64,000 nt of DNA from Acidimicrobiia bacterium (GTDB taxonomy: Bacteria; Actinomycetota; Acidimicrobiia; Spongiisociales; Spongiisociaceae): positions 82,865 to 146,864 of the forward strand of contig JBFGLM010000004.1 in NCBI GenBank assembly GCA_041576165.1, in the 5' to 3' direction. The notes beneath the pieces are model-generated. The model did no database searches and was not told the origin of the DNA. It saw only the letters and a program-made list of their open reading frames with translations. Below are positions 17,767 to 26,874 of this stretch, piece by piece. The position numbers and the translations under genes are program-made. Each line of letters starts with the position of its first letter. Position 1 is the stretch's first letter.

Positions 17767-18791
17767 CGCTGCTCCGTTGCCTGTTGCTGGGTTGGCTGCT
17801 GTCCCGGTCCCTCGTGTTCTGTCGACCGGGTGAAATCGGGCTCACCGGGGACACGATCGGCGGAGACCGCTGCTCGTAATGCACGATAGACCAGCCCCTG
17901 GTCTCCCAGGCGTCTTCGCAGATGACGTTCGAGAGCGGCGATCGGCACCAGGTTCTGGGGCGCACGTGGATCGATGTGGGCTTGCGACGCAGTCCGCGGC
18001 AACAGCGCCGTGGTGCGGTTGGCCAGGGTGATGGTCTCCTCGATCCCCAGGGCCGTGGGCGCCTCACAACGGACGATGCCGCTCCACGAGTGGCCGCCGA
18101 CCATGTCGGCCAGCCGCAAGTACCAGGAGTAGCGAGCATATTGGGCGCCGTCGATGAGGAACAGCGGCGTCCGCTGTCCCGCCCGGAGCCGGCCGATGAT
18201 GGGCATCACATCCGGGCCGAGATACGTGACCCGGTGACTCTTGATGTAGCCGACAATGGGCTGGGCCCGCAGCTCGTTGATGGGTCCGTCGGCCACCACA
18301 AAGGTTCCGCCGGCGGCCAGGCGGGCCGACAGGGCCGCCTCCGCCTTGCGCATGGCGCCGTGAAAATGTGCGATGAGAGCCGTCGGATCGTCGGTGGCCA
18401 CCGCTTCAGCCCGGTAATCCAACGCATGGCCCACCACCGGGAATTCGACCTTTGACCCGGAGGCCAGCACCGCCATGCGCTGCACCTCCTGGTGGTCGTA
18501 CCGGCTGCGCCGTGCCTTCCGCTCCCAGATGACCGCCCCGACCGCGAACGACCCGCAGATCCCCGGGATTGGGCCTTCGATCGGGTCGTCCAGGGTCAAG
18601 CGGGCGTCGATACGGCGGATACCGTCGACGAACGCCACGAATTCCTCGCCGTCATCCACCCCGTCTACCGGGGTCCACGGCCCGTCCACTTCGACGGCCG
18701 TCTCCACAGGTGATGCCGCCACCCGCTCCTCAGCAAGGTCGACCGCTGCCCCGTATTCCGGGGACCACCCCTCGACGTACAACTGCGCCAT
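17763..18791 (-). CDS. nurA: NurA-family 5'-3' nuclease
   Basis: VAFVDGIRRID, VVADGP, GYIKSH, DPRAPQNLVPIAALERHL; GTGA overlap with herA. Confidence 0.78.
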   Translation of the reverse strand: MAQLYVEGWSPEYGAAVDLAEERVAASPVETAVEVDGPWTPVDGVDDGEEFVAFVDGIRRIDARLTLDDPIEGPIPGICGSFAVGAVIWERKARRSRYDHQEVQRMAVLASGSKVEFPVVGHALDYRAEAVATDDPTALIAHFHGAMRKAEAALSARLAAGGTFVVADGPINELRAQPIVGYIKSHRVTYLGPDVMPIIGRLRAGQRTPLFLIDGAQYARYSWYLRLADMVGGHSWSGIVRCEAPTALGIEETITLANRTTALLPRTASQAHIDPRAPQNLVPIAALERHLRRRLGDQGLVYRALRAAVSADRVPGEPDFTRSTEHEGPGQQPTQQQATEQR

Positions 18792-18799
18792 GGTTATCG

Positions 18800-18821
18800 A
18801 TCGTAGGGTCGGGGTGTGACA
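18800..18821 (-). promoter_or_regulatory. PafBC/RecA-NDp-type DNA-damage promoter
   Basis: Minus strand reads TGTCAC-N10-TACGAT, 8 nt before the nurA ATG. Confidence 0.65.
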
Positions 18822-18873
18822 GATTGGCGGAGCGCCACCCGAGCGGCGTACCAATCCGCCGTCGACGGTCCGG

Positions 18874-20181
18874 TCAGCGCACGGGGACTATCCGGTGGAC
18901 CGATCCCCCGGCCGTCGTCACGTATAGCTCCCCAGCGGCGTCGCGACCGAACGACGTCACCCCGCTCAACCCGCCGACCTGGGCGGTCCAGTCGGTCTGG
19001 TCGGTGGCCGCTCCCCCGTTGTAGTGGAAGCTTCGCAACCACCCGCCGCAGAAATCCGAATAGAAGTAGTGACCATCCAGCTCAGGTATCGCCGATCCCC
19101 GATACACCAGTCCACCTGTGATTGAACAGGTACCGGCGTCTCCGTGTGCCACCTCGACCACCGGCAACGTCAGCCCGGCGGTGTCACAGCCGGAGCTGGG
19201 CCGAAAACAGTGGGCGCCCTCCGTGACGGGCCAGCCGAAATTGAGTCCGCCGGTTGCGATCAAAGCGACCGAGACCTCTTCGAAGCGGTTCTGGCCGACG
19301 TCGGCGATGTAAATGAGGTCGTTGTCGATTGCGAAGCGCCACGGATTTCTAAGTCCGTAGTGCCAGACGAGCGGGTCGCCAGCCGGAAAGGGCGGGTCGG
19401 GGGCGGGCCGCTGGGTACCCGGTGTCGATACGTCGAACCGGAGGAGAGCTGCCAGCGGCGTATCGGTACGCTGGCCATGCCCGAAACGGTCATTGGCTCC
19501 TCCCCCGTCGCCCAGTCCGAGATACAGATAGCCGTCCGGCCCGAACTCCAGCATGCCTCCGTTGTGGTTTCGCGCTGGTTGGCCGGTGCGGTACAGCTCT
19601 ACCCCCTCGGGCAACGCCCGGTTGGGGTCCGCCGGATCCACCCGAAACTCCGCTACCACCGTGTCACCGTCACCGGCGGTGTAATGCACGAAGAATCGCC
19701 CGTCCGCCGGGTAGTCGGGGTGGAATGCCATACCGAGCAATCCCTGCTCCCGGTCGTTGCGCACCGGCTCGCGAATGTCGAGAAACGGGGTGTCGCCGAT
19801 GGCCGTTCCGTCATGGATCCACACCCGTCCTTCCTTCGTGGCGATGAACAGCCGGTCGTCCCCGGGCGCAGAAAGTGCGAGGATCGGGAATTCCAGCCCA
19901 TCGGCGACGAGTTCGTAGGCGAGCCCTAGCAGCGGGGCCAGGGTGGTGGTCGTGGCGGCGGTGGTCGTGGTCGTTGGCTCCGTGTCCCTCACGGAGCTGC
20001 TCGGGGCCGGTGCCGATCCCGGCGTTGGTTCGGTCTGGGCGGGCTCGCGCGGCTGGATGGATGTGGTGGACGAGGCCTGCCCGGCTGCGCCGGTGGTGGG
20101 AACTGCGTCGGAGGAAGTTCCACACGCGCCAAGTGCCGCCACCACGCCGGCGACCACCGTGAGCCGTGCCATCACATGCAT
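18874..20181 (-). CDS. PQQ-dependent sugar dehydrogenase (GSDH family) lipoprotein
   Basis: Lipobox LGAC, Thr-rich linker, EQGLLGMAFHP, NHNGGML.FGPDGYLY..LGDGG, GLRNPWRF, DVGQNRFEE. Confidence 0.88.
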   Translation of the reverse strand: MHVMARLTVVAGVVAALGACGTSSDAVPTTGAAGQASSTTSIQPREPAQTEPTPGSAPAPSSSVRDTEPTTTTTAATTTTLAPLLGLAYELVADGLEFPILALSAPGDDRLFIATKEGRVWIHDGTAIGDTPFLDIREPVRNDREQGLLGMAFHPDYPADGRFFVHYTAGDGDTVVAEFRVDPADPNRALPEGVELYRTGQPARNHNGGMLEFGPDGYLYLGLGDGGGANDRFGHGQRTDTPLAALLRFDVSTPGTQRPAPDPPFPAGDPLVWHYGLRNPWRFAIDNDLIYIADVGQNRFEEVSVALIATGGLNFGWPVTEGAHCFRPSSGCDTAGLTLPVVEVAHGDAGTCSITGGLVYRGSAIPELDGHYFYSDFCGGWLRSFHYNGGAATDQTDWTAQVGGLSGVTSFGRDAAGELYVTTAGGSVHRIVPVR

Positions 20182-20288
20182 GGCCCGGCAGCGTAGGAGC
20201 CGGTGACGGATATGCGGGCCGGGCGCCACAGATCGGATGGACGCGCAGCCGCCGGGTTACCCTGGGCAGCGGACCGACGGGAGGGTCA

Positions 20289-21632
20289 GTGGCCGAGGTG
20301 GCCAAGAACGATCGCCGCACGATTTTCGCGTGGGCGATGTACGACTGGGCGAACTCGGCGTACGCAACCACTTCGGGAGCGATTGTGGCCCCCTTCTTCA
20401 CCGGCGTACTGATCGGCGACGACGGGGCCTCGGTCTTCGGTGCCAGGCTCAGCGGGACCACGATCTGGTCGGCGGTGGTCTCATTCGGCGCGATGCTGCT
20501 GTTCCTGCTCATGCCTGTGCTCGGTGCGATCGCCGATTTCTCGGCGGCCAAGCGGGCGTTTTTGCGCACGTTCGCGTTCATCGGTGCGGCAGCAACCTTC
20601 ATGCTCTTCGTGGTGCCCGCGGACTGGTGGGTGCTGTTCCTGGTGGTCTTCCTGGTGAGCCAGGTCGGTTTCGTGGCCGGCAATGTCTTCTACGACGGCT
20701 TCCTCCCGCAGATCTCCACCGACGACACGGTGGACCGCATTTCATCGAAAGGTTTTGCATACGGATACATCGGCGGCGGTCTGTATCTGCTCATCGGACT
20801 CATGTACATCCTCGCGGTCGGCGACGACAACACCTTGGCGCCTCGCCTTGTGATCGCCGGGGCGGGAGTGTGGTGGTTTGCTTTCACCCAGTGGGTGATC
20901 CGGCGCCTCCCCGAGGTGGGCGAATCGGAGGAGCTGCCGGGCGAATTCGCCGACCGGAACCGGCTGGCCGCGTACACGTCGATCGGTTTTCGCCGCACGA
21001 TCGCCACCGCGGTTCGGCTGCGGAGGTTCCCCCAGATCTTGCTGTTCGTGCTCGCCTACATGTTTTACAACGACGGTACCCAGACCGTCATCAACGTTTC
21101 CGGCGCGTATGCCGAGGACACGCTGGGCTTGTCCATAACCGCCGTGGCGATCACGTTCCTGATCGTTCAGTTCGTCGCCTTCGGCGGCGCGCTGCTGTTC
21201 GGTGTCCTCGCGGAGCGACTCGGGGCCAAACAGGCGATTCTGGCCAATCTCGTCGTATGGAGCCTGGTGACCGTGGCCGGGTTCCTCCTGCCTGAGGGTG
21301 AAGCATTGCCGCTGTATGCGCTCGGCGCAGTCGTCGGATTGGTGCTGGGAGGTGTGCAAGCGCTCAGCCGTTCGCTCTACGCAACGATGATTCCGGAGGA
21401 GGCGTCGGCCGAGTTCTTTGGATTCTTCTCCGTATTCTCCAAATTCTCGGCGATCTGGGGCCCGTTGCTGTTCGCACTCGTCAGCGGTTTCACGGGGTCG
21501 GGCCGGCCGGCAATCCTCGCGATTGTCGTGTTCTTCGTAATCGGCGGCTACCTTTTGTCTCGCGTGGATGTAGCGGCCGCGCAGGCCTCTCGGGGCCAGT
21601 GGAATTTCGACGGGACCGACGTCACCTCATGA
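20289..21632 (+). CDS. MFS transporter, UMF1/ATG22-like
   Basis: WAMYDWANSAY, NVFYDGFLP, ISSKGFAYGYIGG, QALSRSLY, EFFGFF. Confidence 0.88.
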   Translation: MAEVAKNDRRTIFAWAMYDWANSAYATTSGAIVAPFFTGVLIGDDGASVFGARLSGTTIWSAVVSFGAMLLFLLMPVLGAIADFSAAKRAFLRTFAFIGAAATFMLFVVPADWWVLFLVVFLVSQVGFVAGNVFYDGFLPQISTDDTVDRISSKGFAYGYIGGGLYLLIGLMYILAVGDDNTLAPRLVIAGAGVWWFAFTQWVIRRLPEVGESEELPGEFADRNRLAAYTSIGFRRTIATAVRLRRFPQILLFVLAYMFYNDGTQTVINVSGAYAEDTLGLSITAVAITFLIVQFVAFGGALLFGVLAERLGAKQAILANLVVWSLVTVAGFLLPEGEALPLYALGAVVGLVLGGVQALSRSLYATMIPEEASAEFFGFFSVFSKFSAIWGPLLFALVSGFTGSGRPAILAIVVFFVIGGYLLSRVDVAAAQASRGQWNFDGTDVTS

Positions 21633-21639
21633 GGAAGGC

Positions 21640-22020
21640 GTGATGAGCGACGAAGAAGAAGCCGTCTGGGAGCAAACGCCCGAAGCGACCGATCTGAGCA
21701 ACGACCTCGCACCTGACACCGTCCCGGACCGCCCGGCGCAGCCACCGGAAGGCGTGTTCTCCCGGATCCGCTGGGGTCTGATCTCTTTCATCATCCTGTC
21801 GGTGATCGTGATCGTACTGGCCGCGCAAAACACCCAGTCTGTCACGGTCAAGGCGCTCGGCTGGGAGGCAGAATTGCCGCTCATCGCCATCATCCTGATC
21901 ACAGTGCTGGTCAGTGTCGTGCTCGACGAGTTGGTTGGCGTCATCATCCGGCGCCGGCGTCGGACGCGCCTGGCCGAACGCCAGGAGCTGCAGCGGCTGC
22001 GTCGCGAGCACGGGGACTAG
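21640..22020 (+). CDS. LapA/DUF1049-like membrane protein
   Basis: TM-AAQNTQSVTV..LGW...LPL-TM followed by a basic tail. Confidence 0.7.
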   Translation: MMSDEEEAVWEQTPEATDLSNDLAPDTVPDRPAQPPEGVFSRIRWGLISFIILSVIVIVLAAQNTQSVTVKALGWEAELPLIAIILITVLVSVVLDELVGVIIRRRRRTRLAERQELQRLRREHGD

Positions 22021-22072
22021 CAGCCACCGAACCGGACGCTACGATCCCAACCCCGCCCGAGAGGAGCCGGAC

Positions 22073-22639
22073 GTGAAGATCACTCAGGAATTCGAGGTTG
22101 CCCGCCCGATAGGTGTCGTTTGGGATTTCTTTCAGGAAGTCCCTTCGGTGGCACAGTGCCTGCCCGGTGCCGAGCTGACAGAGGACAAAGGCGACGGGGT
22201 CTACGCCGGCAAGATCACAGTCAAGCTGGGACCGATGACGGCCGCATTCGAAGGGGAGGCGACAGTCACCCCGGACCCGGCCGGCAACACCGGCCACATC
22301 GAGGGCAAAGGCGTCGACCGGCGCGGGGGGAGTCGCGGCCAAGTCAAGGTCGACTACTCGCTCACCGAGGCTGACGGTGGTACCAAAGTGGCGGTGGACG
22401 CCGATGTGACGTTGTCCGGGGCGGCGGCCCAGTTCGGGCGGACAGGGTTGATCAACGAGATGTCGAGCCGGCTGATCGGTGAGTTCGTGACCTGTCTCGA
22501 AGCCAAGCTCGAAGCCACCACCGAGGCGGAAGCAGAGACGATCACCGCGGGAGAGGTCTCCGGCTTGTCGCTTTTCTTTTCCAGTCTCCTGGCCCGCATC
22601 AAGGATTTCTTCAAAGGACTGTTCGGGTCGAAATCCTGA
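22073..22639 (+). CDS. CoxG-like SRPBCC family protein
   Basis: F.V..P...VW.FF..VPSVAQCLPGA, KLGPMTAAFEG, GAAAQFGR; GAGGAG RBS. Confidence 0.82.
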   Translation: MKITQEFEVARPIGVVWDFFQEVPSVAQCLPGAELTEDKGDGVYAGKITVKLGPMTAAFEGEATVTPDPAGNTGHIEGKGVDRRGGSRGQVKVDYSLTEADGGTKVAVDADVTLSGAAAQFGRTGLINEMSSRLIGEFVTCLEAKLEATTEAEAETITAGEVSGLSLFFSSLLARIKDFFKGLFGSKS

Positions 22640-22648
22640 CCCAGCCGG

Positions 22649-23539
22649 ATGGTGAGGAGACTGGTCGGATCGCTGGCCGCCGCGGCCGTGACGCTGCTCG
22701 TGACCGGATGTGGATCAGAGTCGACTCCGACCGACAGCATCGGCCCTCCTGAGCGGAATGAGACATCCGGCACCGGGCGCGCCGGCCCGGTCGCGACCAG
22801 TCCCTCCGGAGAAACCGCACTCGTTCTCCGGGTAGAGGATGGAGACTCCATCGTGGTCGAACTCGCCGGGGCTGAAGAGAAGGTCCGCCTGATCGGCATC
22901 AACACCCCCGAGCGGGGCGAGTGCCTCGGCGACACCGCCCGAGCAGCCCTGGTCGAACTGGTCGAAGGGCGCGAAGTCGTGCTCGAAGTCGACGTCGAGA
23001 CCACCGACCAGTTCGGCCGGATGCTGCGATACGTCTGGTCCGACGGCCATCTGGTCAATGCGCAGATGGCCGGCCGGGGCCTGGCGATCGCCCGGGCATT
23101 CGAACCGAACACCGGCCGCCAGCAGACCCTGGAGGACGCCGAAGCCGTTGCCCGCCAGGAAATGGCGGGCCTGTGGGACCCGGGGGCGTGCGGCAGCAGC
23201 TCGGATGCCCGTCTGGAAATCATCGAACTCTCCGAGAACCCGCCGGGGCGCGACGAAGATGATCTGAACGGCGAATTCCTGGTGATCCGCAACGTGGGAG
23301 ATGACGTTGACCTGTCGGATCACATGCTGCGGGATGGCTCGTCCGTCAACCGTTATCAGTTCCCGGATGGGTTCGTGCTCGAGGCTGGCTCGACCGTCAC
23401 CATCCATGTGGGATGCGGTCAGGATGACGACGCGGCGCTGTATTGGTGTGCGTCGGGCCCGGTGTGGGACAACCGCGGCGACCAGGCGTTCGTGGTAGCG
23501 CCCGGCGGTGGATTCATCGCCACATTCGAGTATCCATGA
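22649..23539 (+). CDS. Thermonuclease (SNase) + lamin-tail-domain lipoprotein
   Basis: Lipobox VTGC, VEDGDS, VRLIGINTPE, DQFGRMLRYV; LTD motifs NGEFLVIRN and VWDNRGD. Confidence 0.88.
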   Translation: MVRRLVGSLAAAAVTLLVTGCGSESTPTDSIGPPERNETSGTGRAGPVATSPSGETALVLRVEDGDSIVVELAGAEEKVRLIGINTPERGECLGDTARAALVELVEGREVVLEVDVETTDQFGRMLRYVWSDGHLVNAQMAGRGLAIARAFEPNTGRQQTLEDAEAVARQEMAGLWDPGACGSSSDARLEIIELSENPPGRDEDDLNGEFLVIRNVGDDVDLSDHMLRDGSSVNRYQFPDGFVLEAGSTVTIHVGCGQDDDAALYWCASGPVWDNRGDQAFVVAPGGGFIATFEYP

Positions 23540-23603
23540 CGACAGCGGAGCCGGGAGCGTGGCCACCGAGACGATGCGGCCACCCAGACAGTGCGGACGA
23601 TCG

Positions 23604-24263
23604 TTAGATCGGCGCCAGCTCGATGGGAGCAGCGTTGAACGTGTAGTTGAACCGCCGGCACCAGATGGCGACTGTGCCGAAATCCTCGAGATTCACATCC
23701 GGCGGGATGTCGTAGTTCTGATTGCCCTGATTGCCTTTTAGGTCCCCAATGCTGATGAATTCACCGTCGTCGTAGAGCTCTCGATCGTCCACCAGCGGGG
23801 ACGGGGACAGAATCACCACGAGGTCGGGCCCGTTGACCACGTCGAGGTCCTCGAGGCGAACGACGCGGCTGCCGTCCTCCAGCTCGATGATCAGCACTCG
23901 CCCCGACCCCGCCCGGCCGACGTCGACCAGCTCGGTATCGCTGAGCACCACCGGACCCGCCGGGGCTGCCGTGGTCGTCGTGGTGGGGACCGTCGTTGTG
24001 GGGACCGTCGTTGTGGTGGTGGTCGGTGTTTGGGCCGCCGTGTCGGACGGCACCTCGGTTGTCGGGGGGACGGTGGTCGCAACCGGGGTCGTGGTAGAGA
24101 CGGTCGTTGCCGGATCGAGGCCGGCGGGAAGCTCTTCGTCGACCCGCTGGTCGAACAACAACCCTTGGGGCTGGAACCAAACCAAGACGATCAGCGCAAC
24201 TCCGATAGCACCGATAACTCCCGCGAAGGCCAGCACCGGATGGGCTCTGATCCACTGTTTCAT
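23604..24263 (-). CDS. DM13-domain membrane-anchored protein
   Basis: TM, Thr-rich linker, NGPDLVVILS, LKGNQGNQNY, VAIWCRRF. Confidence 0.85.
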   Translation of the reverse strand: MKQWIRAHPVLAFAGVIGAIGVALIVLVWFQPQGLLFDQRVDEELPAGLDPATTVSTTTPVATTVPPTTEVPSDTAAQTPTTTTTTVPTTTVPTTTTTAAPAGPVVLSDTELVDVGRAGSGRVLIIELEDGSRVVRLEDLDVVNGPDLVVILSPSPLVDDRELYDDGEFISIGDLKGNQGNQNYDIPPDVNLEDFGTVAIWCRRFNYTFNAAPIELAPI

Positions 24264-24316
24264 CGATCACTCCTCGTCGGTACGCCTCGAACAACCCGCC
24301 GACCGCTTGTCGGGTT

Positions 24317-24334
24317 CCTGAACATTCGGTGAAC
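24317..24334 (-). promoter_or_regulatory. 11-bp-phased direct repeat, OmpR/PhoP-family-like site
   Basis: Minus strand reads GTTCACC-gaat-GTTCAGG upstream of the DM13 gene. Confidence 0.45.
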
Positions 24335-24527
24335 TACTGGTAGCGTTTCCTCCCTAGTCAGTTAGGCGAGACTACCGACGCGGTGGTGCGCCTCTGGATC
24401 ACTCCGGATAAAGGGTCCGGATCGACGAGGCCGAACCTGATCGGCGCCATGCAAGGCGCGCGCTCGGGACCCAATCTCGGTATTCCTTCGCTTACACTGC
24501 CGGCTGATTGCTACGGAAGGAAACGCG

Positions 24528-24938
24528 ATGGGATTGATGGATACCATCAAAGGGTGGTTCGGTAAGGCCAAGGACGTGGCCGACCAGGCCGTCGACAAAG
24601 CCCAGGACGTGGCGGGTGACCTCGGCGAGAAGGCCGCGCCGGTAGTCGACAAGGTCAAACACGCCGCCGGCGACGCGGTCGACAAGGTGAAAGACGTCGC
24701 CGAGGATGTCAAGCACAAAGTCGAAGACATGGTCGACGGCGGCAAGGACGCTGCCGAATCAGCCGCCGACACCGCAGAGGACGTGGCCGGCGCGGCCGCC
24801 GAATCGGCCGCCGACACCGCAGGGGACGTGGCCGGCGCCGCCGGTGACGCAGCCGGTGACGCGGCGAGCGCGGCCGAAGATGCAGCCGATGCTGCCCAGG
24901 ACGCGGCCGACGAGGTGAAGGATCAACTGGACGGCTGA
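24528..24938 (+). CDS. Ala/Asp/Lys-rich amphipathic repeat protein (LEA/hydrophilin-like)
   Basis: AAGGAA RBS; 11-residue DKAKD-like periodicity; 45-bp internal tandem repeat at 24753-24838. Confidence 0.75.
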   Translation: MGLMDTIKGWFGKAKDVADQAVDKAQDVAGDLGEKAAPVVDKVKHAAGDAVDKVKDVAEDVKHKVEDMVDGGKDAAESAADTAEDVAGAAAESAADTAGDVAGAAGDAAGDAASAAEDAADAAQDAADEVKDQLDG

Positions 24939-24959
24939 CCCCATCAGCACTCTTATTCG

Positions 24960-24986
24960 GTATGGGGTCCCCGGCGGGCCCCATAC
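24960..24986 (+). terminator. Stem-loop, probable terminator
   Basis: GTATGGGGTCC / GGGCCCCATAC followed by TTCGTTGT. Confidence 0.6.
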
Positions 24987-25005
24987 TTCGTTGTGTAGGT
25001 GAAGA

Positions 25006-26217
25006 ATGGCTGATCACATGCCGGCCGCAACCGACCCGGGGCCGGGCTGGTATCGGGTGTGGCTCCCCCGGGCCGCCGCCGCCACGCTGGTGGCGGTTGT
25101 CGTCGCCTACGGGTCGGTCTGGTTGTTCACGAGCACGTCGGGGTTCCTCGTCACAGTCATTCTCAGCCTGTTCATCGCTTTCGCGCTGTTGCCCGCGGTT
25201 GAGAACCTGAGCGACCGGGGGATGCGTCGGGGCCTGGCCACGGCCCTGGTGATGCTCGGGGCTGCGATCGCCGGCTTCGTCTTCGTTGGGGCGTTGCTCG
25301 GAGTAGCCGTCAACCAGGTCATCCGCCTCGTGGACAACTTGCCGGGTTACGTCGAGCAGGCCACGGAATGGCTCAACGCTTCGTTCGGGCTGGAGCTGGC
25401 TGCGGATCGGCTGATGGACGATCTCGCCATCGAGCAGACGGCGGTCGAAGACTTCGCACTCAGCGCGGCCAGCCGGGTGGTGGGGCTGGCGTCGACTGCG
25501 CTCGGGATCGTGTTTCAGGTGTTGACGATCGCGCTGTTCGTCTTCTACATCCTGGCAGATCTCCCCCGGCTCCGTACTGCGGTGCTGCGCCGGTTCGCGC
25601 CTCAGATTCAGGTGCAGGCAGACACGGTGATAGGCATCACGATCAGCAAGGTGGGCGGATATGTCTACAGCCGCGGCCTGCTGGCAGCGATCTCAGCCGT
25701 GTTCCACTTTGTCGCGTTCCAACTGATCGGCGTTCCGTTCGCGCTGGCGCTGGCACTGTGGGTAGGCATCATCTCCCAATTCGTCCCTACCGTCGGTACT
25801 TACATCGCCGGGGTATTCCCTCTCCTGATCGCGCTGGCCGAGAACCCGACTGATGCGCTCTGGGTGCTCGGCGCGATCCTGGTGTATCAGCAGTTCGAGA
25901 ACTACGCGCTGGCGCCCCGGGTGACGGCGCACACCATGGACCTCCACCCGGCCGTTGCGTTCGGTTCTGCCATCATCGGGGCGTCCCTGCTGGGCGGTGT
26001 CGGCGCACTCCTGGCGTTGCCGGTGGCGGCCACCATCGTGGCGCTGGTCCAGACCTATGCCGATTACTACGAGGTCGTCGGATCATCCGCTCCGATCGGC
26101 ACCACCGACGAGTACGAGCAACGCATGCGCCGGGCCGTGGAGGAACGCGAGCAACGGCGGGCTTCGCGTCTGTCCGCCATGCGCGAATGGATTGGGCTCG
26201 ATGACCCCTCGCCCTGA
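25006..26217 (+). CDS. AI-2E family transporter
   Basis: Multiple TM segments, QFVPTVG, YQQFENYALAPR, MDLHPAVAF. Confidence 0.9.
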   Translation: MADHMPAATDPGPGWYRVWLPRAAAATLVAVVVAYGSVWLFTSTSGFLVTVILSLFIAFALLPAVENLSDRGMRRGLATALVMLGAAIAGFVFVGALLGVAVNQVIRLVDNLPGYVEQATEWLNASFGLELAADRLMDDLAIEQTAVEDFALSAASRVVGLASTALGIVFQVLTIALFVFYILADLPRLRTAVLRRFAPQIQVQADTVIGITISKVGGYVYSRGLLAAISAVFHFVAFQLIGVPFALALALWVGIISQFVPTVGTYIAGVFPLLIALAENPTDALWVLGAILVYQQFENYALAPRVTAHTMDLHPAVAFGSAIIGASLLGGVGALLALPVAATIVALVQTYADYYEVVGSSAPIGTTDEYEQRMRRAVEEREQRRASRLSAMREWIGLDDPSP

Positions 26218-26830
26218 TCTGGAATTCGACCACCTGGTGGCCGCGGTCGCAGATCTGTCCACGGGTGCTCGTGAACTGCATGAGCGAACAGGACTGGCTG
26301 CAGTGCCGGGCGGCCGCCATCCCGGCCACGGCACCCACAACGCGATCGTTCCCCTCGGCGCTGGGTACATCGAGCTGGTCGCGATCGAGAGCCCAGTGGA
26401 CGCCGAGACGAGCCCATTCGGGCGGGCAGTGGCCGCCCGCATCGCCACCGGTGGCGGCCTGTTTGCAGTTTGTCTGCGGACAGCGGCGATCGAGCCGGTC
26501 ACCGCGAGTCTTGGGCTCGAGACGGCAGGCATGGAGCGGGAAATGCCCGACGGCACGACGCTTACTTGGAAGCTGGCCGGTTTGGCCGAAGCACTGGATC
26601 GCCGCCTCCCGTTCTTCATCGAGTGGTCCGTGGAGCCGGATCGTCATCCGGGACGTGCCTCCGCCGATCATCGGGTGACCCCCACCGGCATCGCCTGGGT
26701 AGAGGTGCCCGTCGACGCTGCCTTCCTCGCTCGGTGGGTCGGAGCATCGAAACTGGACCTCCGCCCAGTAGGCCCCGACGCGCCCATGCGGGCGGCCATC
26801 AACACGGCCGAGGGACTGATCGGCATCTGA
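26201..26830 (+). CDS. VOC/glyoxalase-like (Glyoxalase_3) protein
   Basis: FDHLV.AV.DL, GGRHPGHGTHNAIVPLG..YIEL, LPFFIEW. Confidence 0.85.
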   Translation: MTPRPDLEFDHLVAAVADLSTGARELHERTGLAAVPGGRHPGHGTHNAIVPLGAGYIELVAIESPVDAETSPFGRAVAARIATGGGLFAVCLRTAAIEPVTASLGLETAGMEREMPDGTTLTWKLAGLAEALDRRLPFFIEWSVEPDRHPGRASADHRVTPTGIAWVEVPVDAAFLARWVGASKLDLRPVGPDAPMRAAINTAEGLIGI

Positions 26831-26874
26831 CCACGGTCGGTTTGCTCTACCCTCTCCGGTGGAGGTGGTGGCCA

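Noticed and set aside
22073-22639. Aerobic CO dehydrogenase (cox) cluster
   Set aside because: Only a lone CoxG-like gene is present; the Mo subunit at 31095-33320 has GAMRGFG, not the form I CoxL AYRCSFR motif.
23970-24030. Short tandem repeats (GGGACCGTCGTTGTG) as an array
   Set aside because: They encode the PTTTV/Thr-rich linker of the DM13 protein and have no spacer structure.
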